A stretch of DNA of 64,000 nt. Source: an uncultured Lachnospiraceae bacterium. GTDB taxonomy: Bacteria; Bacillota; Clostridia; Lachnospirales; Lachnospiraceae. Under the pieces are notes generated by a model. That model had not been told where the DNA came from. It worked only from the letters and a program-made list of their open reading frames with translations, and searched no databases. This document shows positions 56,213 through 64,000 of this stretch, piece after piece. Position numbers and translations under genes: made by a program. The stretch covers positions 36,097 to 100,096 of the forward strand of contig CAZOGN010000001.1 of the NCBI GenBank assembly GCA_964579655.1, in the 5' to 3' direction. Position 1 is the first letter of the stretch, and the number at the start of each line of letters is the position of its first letter.

Positions 56213-56896
56213 TTATAATAAAATTATTTTTTCAAGTTCAATAGGGTCAAGCTTTTCTCCATTTTTATAAGCCCTCATATTGCCTCCAGATACCTCATCA
56301 ATTAAAGCAATGTGATTATCTTGTCCAACTCTACCAAATTCAAGCTTAAGATCATATAATTCTATACCCTTCTTTTCAAGTTCATCTTTTATTATTTGAC
56401 TTATGTCTCTTGTTAGATTCACTAATATCATATATTCTTCTTTAGTCATAATTCCAAGCATTTCTAATGCATCTTCTGTAATTAAGGGATCTTCTCTTTC
56501 ATCATCCTTTAAAGTCACTTCAACATAAGCATCTAAAACTTGTCCCTCTTTTGCATATAATCCATATCTTCTTATAAAGCTTCCAACTGCCCTATATCTG
56601 CATATTACTTCTACACCCTTGCCAAACATTTTAGCTGGTAAAACAGTCATCGTAGCAGCTTCTACATCTGCATCAACAAGATGTGTTGGAATACCTCTGC
56701 TATTAAATAATTCATAGAAGTATTTTGTTATGCTTATTCCAGCTTTTCCAACGCCTTCTATTGTTAATCCCACAGTATTAGCACCAGGATCAAAAACGCC
56801 ATCTTTTCCAGTTACATCGTCTTTAAACTTAAGAAGATAATTACCATCTTTTAGATCATATACATCTTTTGTTTTTCCCTTATATAGTAATTCCAT
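56213..56896 (-). CDS. Divergent SAICAR synthase (PurC)-like protein, stand-alone
   Basis: LLYKGKTKDVYDL, KFKDDVTG, RGIPTHLV, VEVICRYRAVGSF and DLKLEFGR parallel PurC landmarks. It also carries an extra DPGANTVGLTIEGVGKAG segment, and IDEVSGGNMR replaces the usual ADEISPDxCR. Confidence 0.65.
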   Translation of the reverse strand: MELLYKGKTKDVYDLKDGNYLLKFKDDVTGKDGVFDPGANTVGLTIEGVGKAGISITKYFYELFNSRGIPTHLVDADVEAATMTVLPAKMFGKGVEVICRYRAVGSFIRRYGLYAKEGQVLDAYVEVTLKDDEREDPLITEDALEMLGIMTKEEYMILVNLTRDISQIIKDELEKKGIELYDLKLEFGRVGQDNHIALIDEVSGGNMRAYKNGEKLDPIELEKIILL

Positions 56897-56919
56897 ATAA
56901 ACTCTCCTTTTTATACTTT

Positions 56920-56960
56920 ATAAAAACCCACTAATACAGAGTTGATGTAATTAGCGGGTT
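56920..56960 (-). terminator. Rho-independent terminator after tsf
   Basis: Minus strand: CCCGCTAAT...ATTAGTGGG, a 9-bp stem with one G-U pair, followed by TTTTTAT. Confidence 0.65.
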
Positions 56961-56983
56961 TTGAGTTCTAATAATTATAGAGA

Positions 56984-57910
56984 TTAATTTTTCATTTGTT
57001 TTGCTACTTCATCTGCAAAATTTTCTTCTTTTTTCTCAAGACCTTCGCCTGTTTCAAATCGAACAAATCTCTTAATTTCAAAATTTGATCCAACTTCTTT
57101 AGCTACTTTGTCAATGTATTGTTGAACTGTTAAATCAGAATCTTTAACATATTCTTGATCTACTAAGCTTACGGCTTTTAGTTCTTTGTTAAGACGACCG
57201 ATAATAATCTTTTCTATAATGTTTTCTGGCTTATTAGGGTCTTCATTCATAGCTTGTGATTTTAATATTTCTTGTTCATGTTCTATATATTCTTGTGGAA
57301 TAGCATCTCTATTAAGATATTTTGGTGCAATTGCAGCAATTTGCATTGCAATATTCTTAGCTGCTTCCCTAACAGTATCGTTATCAACACCACATTCCAT
57401 CTCTACTAATACAGCGATTCTACCACCACCGTGAAGATAAGCTTCTACAAATCCATCTTCGGCAGTAATTTTATCAAATCTTCTAATTCTCATATTCTCA
57501 CCGATAACAGAAATTTGTGTTGATAATTCTTCAGCAACTGTTTTGGAATTATCAAGTTCCCAAGGTTCTGCTAAAAAACCATCTATATCAGTAGCCGTTG
57601 TTTTGCTTACTTGTTCGATTACGTCATTAACATAACCTAAAAACTTTTCATTCTTAGCAACAAAATCGGTTTCTGCATTGATTTCAACTACAGCTCCAGA
57701 CTTGCCATCTTCTGATACTTTAACCGCAGTAACGCCTTCTACAGCAATTCTTCCTGCTTTCTTCTCAGCCGCTCCAAGTCCTTTTTCTCTAAGATAATCA
57801 ACTGCTTTATCCATATCTCCATCAGTTGCGGTAAGGGCCTTTTTACAGTCCATCATACCTGCACCTGTTTTTTCACGTAATTCTTTTACCATTTTAGCCG
57901 TTATATTCAT
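56984..57910 (-). CDS. tsf: Elongation factor Ts
   Basis: ITAKMVKELREKTGAGMMDCKKAL UBA-like N-terminus. 308 aa, downstream of rpsB. Confidence 0.95.
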   Translation of the reverse strand: MNITAKMVKELREKTGAGMMDCKKALTATDGDMDKAVDYLREKGLGAAEKKAGRIAVEGVTAVKVSEDGKSGAVVEINAETDFVAKNEKFLGYVNDVIEQVSKTTATDIDGFLAEPWELDNSKTVAEELSTQISVIGENMRIRRFDKITAEDGFVEAYLHGGGRIAVLVEMECGVDNDTVREAAKNIAMQIAAIAPKYLNRDAIPQEYIEHEQEILKSQAMNEDPNKPENIIEKIIIGRLNKELKAVSLVDQEYVKDSDLTVQQYIDKVAKEVGSNFEIKRFVRFETGEGLEKKEENFADEVAKQMKN

Positions 57911-57977
57911 TGTGTACCTCCATTAATATGATTTACTAATTACATTTATAATTCTGAATTTTCTATTTTACTCTTAA

Positions 57978-58721
57978 TTATGCTTCAACTTCTTCTGGTT
58001 TTGCATCTGCCTTTTCTTCTGCTTCAGCATTTACTTGTGCTCCTTGATTTGCTTCAATAACTGCATCAGCTATCTTAGAAGTAATTAACTTAAGCGCTCT
58101 TATTGCATCATCATTACCTGGAATAACATAATCTAATTCTTCAGGATCACAGTTTGTATCAGCAATACCTATTAATGGTATCTTTAAGTTGTGAGCTTCT
58201 TGAATACATATTCTTTCTTTCTTAGTATCTACAACATAAATTATATCAGGTAAACCATTCATATCTTTGATTCCACCTAAGTTTCTCTCAAGTTTATCCC
58301 ATTCTTTTTTAAGTTGTATAACTTCCTTCTTAGGTAAAGCATCAAAAGTTCCATCTTCAGACATAGCTTCAATGTCTCTTAATCTACGAATTCTACTTTT
58401 GATTGTTTTGAAGTTAGTTAACATTCCACCTAACCATCTCTCATTTACATAAAACATTCCACATCTAAGTGCTTCAGCTTTAATTGCATCTTGTGCTTGT
58501 TTTTTTGTTCCAACAAATAGAACATTTCCACCATCGGCAACAACATCTTTTACTGCCTTGTATGCATTCTCAATTAGTCCTACTGTCTTTTGAAGATCAA
58601 TGATATAAATACCATTTCTTTCTGTGTAGATGTACTCAGCCATCTTAGGGTTCCATCTTCTGGTTTGGTGACCAAAATGTACACCTGATTCTAATAATTG
58701 TTTCATTGTAATAACACTCAT
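57978..58721 (-). CDS. rpsB: 30S ribosomal protein S2
   Basis: [30 protein letters not shown] at 58721 with GGAGG upstream. Confidence 0.95.
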   Translation of the reverse strand: MSVITMKQLLESGVHFGHQTRRWNPKMAEYIYTERNGIYIIDLQKTVGLIENAYKAVKDVVADGGNVLFVGTKKQAQDAIKAEALRCGMFYVNERWLGGMLTNFKTIKSRIRRLRDIEAMSEDGTFDALPKKEVIQLKKEWDKLERNLGGIKDMNGLPDIIYVVDTKKERICIQEAHNLKIPLIGIADTNCDPEELDYVIPGNDDAIRALKLITSKIADAVIEANQGAQVNAEAEEKADAKPEEVEA

Positions 58722-58823
58722 TTTAATTCCTCCATTTGGTTTTTCTTCCGTATATATCACTTCTTAACAGACCATTTAAGGCACCAAGTTAATAATCAAT
58801 ATACGTGTTTTTTTAACATGAGA

Positions 58824-58852
58824 ATTATACCATAAAATATTTTTAATAGCAA
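58824..58852 (-). promoter_or_regulatory. Strong sigma-A promoter for rpsB-tsf (extended -10)
   Basis: Minus strand: TTGCTA (58852-58847), 17 nt, TGgTATAAT (-10 at 58829-58824). Leaves a leader of about 95 nt. Confidence 0.6.
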
Positions 58853-58867
58853 GCCTATAAAATCAAG

Positions 58868-59323
58868 CTAGTAAAAATGTTTTTTTATTTCCCACATATT
58901 ATCTCTTTTTAAATCAATATATTCTTTATATGCTTTTTCTAATATTTGTTTTTCATTACTGAATTTCAATAAATGATATGCTTCATTGTACTTGTAGTAG
59001 CCTGAATCTATGAAATACTCTTCCTTTTGTGGCTTACTATAGTAACTCTCAGCCTTCATTAAATACCAGTGTACATCTTTTACAACTTTGTTATAGGGCG
59101 TATTGAATGAATATTGACTTTTACCAATATATTTTATTATAGAAGCTGTTGCTTTAGTTTCCTCTTCTACTTCTCTTATAGCTGTTTCTTTGTACTCTTC
59201 CCCATCTTCCACTGTGCCTTTTGGTAAAACCCAACCGTCATATCTATTTTTATAGTTTTTATACAGTAGCAAAATCTTCCCTCTGAATATAACTACACCG
59301 CCACAGCTCGTTGCTTCAACCAT
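58868..59323 (-). CDS. NUDIX hydrolase
   Basis: Nudix box GTVEDGEEYKETAIREVEEETKA. Confidence 0.85.
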   Translation of the reverse strand: MVEATSCGGVVIFRGKILLLYKNYKNRYDGWVLPKGTVEDGEEYKETAIREVEEETKATASIIKYIGKSQYSFNTPYNKVVKDVHWYLMKAESYYSKPQKEEYFIDSGYYKYNEAYHLLKFSNEKQILEKAYKEYIDLKRDNMWEIKKHFY

Positions 59324-59375
59324 TGCAATTCCTCCTGTTCTTGGTGTTTATTAACTTCCAATCTCAATTTCTATA

Positions 59376-59404
59376 ATTATAAAACATTAATAATTATTAT
59401 TCAA
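59376..59404 (-). promoter_or_regulatory. Sigma-A promoter for the NUDIX gene
   Basis: Minus strand: TTGAAT (59404-59399), 17 nt, TATAAT (59381-59376). Confidence 0.5.
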
Positions 59405-59420
59405 GATAATAAAGACATTA

Positions 59421-60809
59421 CTATTTAGTATAATATGCATCAAATATATCCTTTGCAATTGGAACTGCATTCTTTGAGCTACTACCAGCATTTTCAACAA
59501 TTATTACTAGGGCTATTTCCGGTTTGTCTGTATTTGCAAAGCCAACAAACCATGAATGTGCTTTGTTGTCAGTTTTATTTTCTGCTGTTCCAGTTTTACC
59601 TGCTACAGAGTATAAGTCATTTTTTAAGGACTTGGCTGTCCCAGAGTTTATAACCTCAGCCATATATTCTGTTAAAATTTCTGCTTCCCCCGCTTCTAGT
59701 AATCTAGCGCCTATCTTGGGAGTGAACTTTTTAACATTTAAATCCGATATATTTTTAACATGATCAACTACATAAGGCGTCATTAATACTCCACCATTTG
59801 CAATAGCTGAAATTAGCTCTGCCATTTGCATAGGTGTAACTTTTACATCCCCTTGTCCTATAGCTGTATGTGGATGATTAAAGTCCAAATCATCTGGTAA
59901 AAAGGAATCTAGTTTTAATGAAGACAATGTTTTTTTGAAAGCTTCATCTGATAGACTTGAACCTATATTAGCTAGAGATGCATTACAAGAAACTGCTAAT
60001 GACTTTTTTAAATCAACAGTTCCATGAGCTTTTCCACAAGTAATCTTAGCAGATTTACCAGTATAAGTTCCATCACACTCATAGCTATAATTATTATAAT
60101 TAGGATTTTCCCTAATATATTCTAATACAGTAGCAATTTTAAATGTTGAACCTGGTGGATAAGCTTCACTTGTAGCCCTATTAACTAAAACCTTATTATC
60201 ATTATCATCTTTTACATTATTCCAGATATTATCGATATTATTTGGATCATAGGTGGGCTTAGATACCATAGCTAAAATCTTTCCAGAAGAAGGCTCTATA
60301 ACAATTACTGCTCCCTTATTATTAGCTAATCCATCATATGCTGCTTTTTGCAAATCATAGTCTAAAGTAGTTACAACACTATCTCCTATGTTCTTCTGAC
60401 CCGTCACATCCATAAATATCTTTTTAAAACCACTCGTGTTTGATGTAAGTAATCTGAAATTTTCACTCAACTCTATGCCCGTTCTTCCTTTAGAAAAACG
60501 TCCTACAACATGAACAAACAAATCACCATAAGGATATATGCGTTCTTCCTTACCATCATCTTTTACAACCGTATTAGCAAGGGTTTTTCCATCAGATGAT
60601 TTAATACTTCCTCTTACTATTTGTTCTGCCAATAAATCTTGTCTCTTATTATATGAATTGTTTATAATATCTTCACTTTCAACAAACATAAAAAAAGAAT
60701 AATAGCCTATTACTAAAACAAATAAACCTATCATAATATAAGCAACACCTATTATTTGACTTGAATCATCTGTTTTTTTTGTCTTGTTTTGTTTTTTCAT
60801 TTTTTTCAA
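59421..60809 (-). CDS. Class B penicillin-binding protein (short PbpA-type transpeptidase)
   Basis: TM anchor, SxxK (GSTFKIAT), SxN (VSCNAS), KTG (GKTGTAE). Overlaps the end of the SEDS gene. Confidence 0.85.
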   Translation of the reverse strand: MKKMKKQNKTKKTDDSSQIIGVAYIMIGLFVLVIGYYSFFMFVESEDIINNSYNKRQDLLAEQIVRGSIKSSDGKTLANTVVKDDGKEERIYPYGDLFVHVVGRFSKGRTGIELSENFRLLTSNTSGFKKIFMDVTGQKNIGDSVVTTLDYDLQKAAYDGLANNKGAVIVIEPSSGKILAMVSKPTYDPNNIDNIWNNVKDDNDNKVLVNRATSEAYPPGSTFKIATVLEYIRENPNYNNYSYECDGTYTGKSAKITCGKAHGTVDLKKSLAVSCNASLANIGSSLSDEAFKKTLSSLKLDSFLPDDLDFNHPHTAIGQGDVKVTPMQMAELISAIANGGVLMTPYVVDHVKNISDLNVKKFTPKIGARLLEAGEAEILTEYMAEVINSGTAKSLKNDLYSVAGKTGTAENKTDNKAHSWFVGFANTDKPEIALVIIVENAGSSSKNAVPIAKDIFDAYYTK

Positions 60810-62109
60810 TCCTATCTTGATTTAAAATAAATAATCCTTGAATAATTGCAAACATTATTATGCAACTTAATATCGAACTACCACCATAGCTTATAAATGG
60901 CAATGTTACTCCAGTTGATGGAATTAATTTGGTTGCTCCTCCTATTGATAAAAATGCCTGAAATGCTAGCACAGATGTCAGTCCAAGAGCTAATAATTTA
61001 TAAAACTCACCTTGGATTTTTGAAGATATATTATAAGAAAAAACTAAAGTTGTTATAAAAATCAAAATCAAACAAAGGGCATATATTCCGCCCATTTCTT
61101 CTGAAATGGCTGGAAATATAAAATCACTATCTACAATTGGAATACTCTCTGGCATACCCTGTGTAAGCCCCATTCCAAACCATCCACCTGTCCCCATTGC
61201 AAACAAGGATTGAGAAACCTGGTATCCTTCATTGTCTATTACAAGAAAGGGGTCTTGCCAAGCTAAAACACGTATTCTTACATGGCCAAAAAAGTTGTAA
61301 GCCACATAAGACCCTGCTATTCCTGCAAGTAAACCCGAAAAAAGATAAACCACTTTCTTAGATGCTACATATAACATCATAAGATAAGTAACATAAAAAA
61401 TTAAAGCCCCACCCAAATCTCTTTGTAATACTAAAATCAATACATAAATTGCAGCTAAAAATGTAACTTTAACAATATGCAAAAACTTTGTGCTGTATGA
61501 TAACAATCCAGCAACAGCAAATACAAATAGAATTTTCACAAATTCTGATGGTTGAAATGAAAACCCCAATATAGAAATCCAGTTTTGCGCTCCACGAAAG
61601 TTATAACCAAAAATCGAAACCGACAAGAGTGCAAGAATACCTACTATAACATATAGCCATCCTAATTTTGTAACCACTTTAAGCTTGGCAATAATCAAAG
61701 GTATAAAAATGCTTATTGTAAAAGCAATAGTCACATATATAAAATGTTTTAATGCCTTATCAAATGATAGTCTTGTTAAGATAACTAAACCAGTCATAAT
61801 AAATATCATTACATTGTTTAATAATAGCCTTGATAAGTTTGGATATACCCACTGATATAAAATAAATATTAAGAGAAAAACAACTAATTCCGCAAGATAT
61901 AAAACAATTATTTTATTATTTTCTAAATTAATATATAAAACAAAATAAGACATTAAATGAATAAACATTATTATAAAAACCATTTTATTATATTTTTTCT
62001 TTCTTTTTTTATCATCTTCTATTGCAAAAGAACGAAATCCATAATAAGTATAGATTGTGATAAAAATGATTATAATATATTTTGAAATATTCGTAATCAT
62101 AAAATTCAT
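60766..62109 (-). CDS. SEDS-family peptidoglycan polymerase (FtsW/RodA/SpoVE), N-terminally extended
   Basis: Conserved SEDS core (NWISILGFSFQPSEFVKI, LQRDLGGALIF, PESIPIVDSDFIFPAISEEMG, PFISYGGSS), with about 80 extra N-terminal residues including TM helices. Confidence 0.85.
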   Translation of the reverse strand: MNFMITNISKYIIIIFITIYTYYGFRSFAIEDDKKRKKKYNKMVFIIMFIHLMSYFVLYINLENNKIIVLYLAELVVFLLIFILYQWVYPNLSRLLLNNVMIFIMTGLVILTRLSFDKALKHFIYVTIAFTISIFIPLIIAKLKVVTKLGWLYVIVGILALLSVSIFGYNFRGAQNWISILGFSFQPSEFVKILFVFAVAGLLSYSTKFLHIVKVTFLAAIYVLILVLQRDLGGALIFYVTYLMMLYVASKKVVYLFSGLLAGIAGSYVAYNFFGHVRIRVLAWQDPFLVIDNEGYQVSQSLFAMGTGGWFGMGLTQGMPESIPIVDSDFIFPAISEEMGGIYALCLILIFITTLVFSYNISSKIQGEFYKLLALGLTSVLAFQAFLSIGGATKLIPSTGVTLPFISYGGSSILSCIIMFAIIQGLFILNQDRIEKNEKTKQDKKNR

Positions 62110-62122
62110 AAGTTATACCTCA

Positions 62123-64000
62123 TTATTTTATCCCGCGATTAAAGTGACCACGAGTTGTATCTTTTAAATCTTTAATAGACAAGTCTCCATAATAATAAGT
62201 CTTAATAAAATCACTTAATATTAAACTTGTATCTTCTTTTGTCTCTATAGTAAAATCTAGTCTAATATTATTAGCTTTCACTTCTAATATCTCTACAGAG
62301 TTTTCTAGCAAAGATAAGGGTAAACTATTATATATTGTATTATAGCAATGTCTACAGTTTCTTTTCACTGGAAACTTTACATTTTTACGATCAATTAATT
62401 GAACATCACTTGCTGTATCTTCTAGACACTGGGCAGTAACCATTAAAGGTATTCTACCATAAACAATTATATTTTCAAATGTCCCACTTAATTCCAATAG
62501 CTCGTGCTTATTAAGTTCTACTGGTGCAGTAAGACTATCCACACCTAGTTCCTTCCAGATTAGCATCGCTTCTTCATTCATAATATAAAGATTGTAGTCT
62601 GTTATTATTTCTTTACTGGACTCATTAAACTTATGATGCTTATTCAAAAAACTGTATTCCTCCAAATTGCGAATAACATAGCCATCTATATCATTATGAT
62701 TTAATATATTTTTTTCTTTCTGCAAGTGCTTTAGAAAATACTCATAGCTTGTTTTACGAAATATATGTGGCATATAAAGATATGCTTTTTTTTCTGCCTT
62801 TTTTATATAAGTAAAATATTTAAAGATTTGATCAAGGCTTGCAATATCACTATCTATATAGACTGCCGAAACTTCTGGATGGCTAGCCACTTCATATAAT
62901 TGTTCTTCAGTATGAACTAGCGTGTGAATGCCTAATCTATCCTTACTTGCATTAACCTTTTTCCTGCTTTCTTCACTTACTCCTTCTCTTTTTAAACTTG
63001 TCTTTCTGTGAAGTCTAGCTTTCAAATCATTTTCTAGCTTTTCTATGGCATTTCTTCTAGCCTCATTTAGCTTGCCGACTGAAATAAATGCTTGGCCTTT
63101 TATATTAATATCTAAATAGTTAAATTCAAAATTAGTATCATTAATTTTCATGATTTGTTTCTTGATTTTTTCATAAGACATTGGCTGATTCACAGCCTCT
63201 TCAATTATTGGTCCAGAATATTCGGATACTATATCTCCACTTCTTAGTTTTATCTTCAATTCTTCCCCTACACTAACATCAACTATTCCATCAATTAAAA
63301 TCTTTGGCTCTTTATTAACAAACTTATCATCAATACTATTTATTAGCTTGTTATTCCTAACCCTAAAAACTAGATCTCCTTCTTTTAAAGAAACTCTTCT
63401 ATCATATTTACTAGTAATTATTGAATCTGCTTTTTGCTCTACTCCTGTAGTGAATTCATAGTTATTGTTTTTTGAGTAGTTTTCTAGTTCATTATTTGAA
63501 GTATTTTTCTCACTACCTATAATTTTAAGAACATCGCCTTTGTTTACGTCCTCATTAAGTTTAATCCAAATATGGCTCTTATCCACTTTAGAAACTGAAC
63601 CAACTAAGACCCCACTATGATTAGGCTTATCTAAGGTAATCATACTTCTACCATTTCTATTATAAAAATATCCATTAGAGAATCCGCCTCTGTTATAAAT
63701 ATCTAGCAAATTCATCTTATCTTGATTAAATTCTTTTTTATTATCACTTATATATCTTTCATATTTTTCTCTACCTAAGTCTAAATATTTATCCACATAC
63801 TTTCTATAAGTATAAGTTGTAATAGCAGTATATTCAGGACGCTTCATGCGACCCTCAATTTTAAATGAATCAATTCCTGAGTCCATTAAATCTGGGATTA
63901 AATCCAACGTACAAATGTCTTTTGGACTAATAATATATTTTTCTTTATCCTTAGGAAGTAAACTATAGGGCATTCTACAAGGCTGGGCACATCTACCCCT
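62123..64000 (-). CDS. Long U32-family protein (peptidase U32 / DUF3656 type); the 5' end runs off the window
   Basis: The frame stays open upstream of the track's Met. 63974-64000 translate to RGRCAQPCR, the conserved U32 Cys motif, then KIEGRMKRPEY. The C-terminal half is a second degenerate U32-like/DUF3656 region. Confidence 0.85.
   Translation of the reverse strand, partial: RGRCAQPCRMPYSLLPKDKEKYIISPKDICTLDLIPDLMDSGIDSFKIEGRMKRPEYTAITTYTYRKYVDKYLDLGREKYERYISDNKKEFNQDKMNLLDIYNRGGFSNGYFYNRNGRSMITLDKPNHSGVLVGSVSKVDKSHIWIKLNEDVNKGDVLKIIGSEKNTSNNELENYSKNNNYEFTTGVEQKADSIITSKYDRRVSLKEGDLVFRVRNNKLINSIDDKFVNKEPKILIDGIVDVSVGEELKIKLRSGDIVSEYSGPIIEEAVNQPMSYEKIKKQIMKINDTNFEFNYLDINIKGQAFISVGKLNEARRNAIEKLENDLKARLHRKTSLKREGVSEESRKKVNASKDRLGIHTLVHTEEQLYEVASHPEVSAVYIDSDIASLDQIFKYFTYIKKAEKKAYLYMPHIFRKTSYEYFLKHLQKEKNILNHNDIDGYVIRNLEEYSFLNKHHKFNESSKEIITDYNLYIMNEEAMLIWKELGVDSLTAPVELNKHELLELSGTFENIIVYGRIPLMVTAQCLEDTASDVQLIDRKNVKFPVKRNCRHCYNTIYNSLPLSLLENSVEILEVKANNIRLDFTIETKEDTSLILSDFIKTYYYGDLSIKDLKDTTRGHFNRGIK

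Noticed and set aside
1-64000. Looked for CRISPR arrays, IS elements or transposases, integrases, prophage blocks, restriction-modification or other defence islands, toxin-antitoxin pairs and rRNA genes.
   Set aside because: No spaced direct repeats and no recombinase-, transposase- or phage-like translations appear in any listed ORF. Every large ORF has a housekeeping, envelope or sporulation assignment. The window reads as conserved core chromosome.

Overview
Visibly AT-rich chromosomal core segment of an endospore-forming low-GC Firmicute, probably Clostridia. The taxon call rests on PolC, a gerA-type germinant receptor, yqfC/yqfD, a SpoIIM-like protein and a BofC-like protein. I call about 55 protein genes, all but two on the minus strand, plus one plus-strand tRNA-Glu(CUC). 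Running right to left (the transcription direction) the content is: a U32 protein, a rodA-type/class B PBP pair, NUDIX, then rpsB-tsf. Three inserted genes follow (PurC-like, polysaccharide deacetylase, bactofilin). Then come pyrH-frr-uppS-cdsA-dxr-rseP-ispG-polC, the tRNA, pflB-pflA-nitroreductase, mntP, alaS, rpsU, yqfC-yqfD-phoH-ybeY, a DUF3048 lipoprotein, a MurJ/SpoVB-like flippase and a BofC-like protein. Next are an HI0933-type flavoprotein, proB-DUF896-MTHFS-proA, miaB, rny, an aminotransferase, SpoIIM-like, DAHP synthase (+), a Big_2 protein, two S11 carboxypeptidases, a metallophosphoesterase, a degenerate M50-like protein, scpA-scpB and yjfB-like. The left end holds gerAA plus a fused gerAB-gerAC, a GntR/TrkA-C regulator (+), ogg-msrA, a 1414-aa fused activase/dehydratase-like protein, DUF503 and the N-terminus of a SWIM-finger protein. 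I see no rRNA, CRISPR array, transposase, integrase, phage block or recognisable defence island, so this is essentially a housekeeping and sporulation region. The most unusual items are listed here. (1) A poly(A)9 tract puts the TTG start and signal anchor of the Big_2 protein out of frame. (2) gerAB and gerAC are fused in frame, with an internal lipobox. (3) The orphan giant activase/dehydratase fusion has no assigned substrate. (4) The M50-like protein has a broken HExxH motif. (5) Three genes, including a divergent orphan PurC-like protein, interrupt the conserved tsf/pyrH junction. Promoter and terminator calls are by-eye motif matches. All functional calls come from motifs read in the supplied translations, not from database searches.
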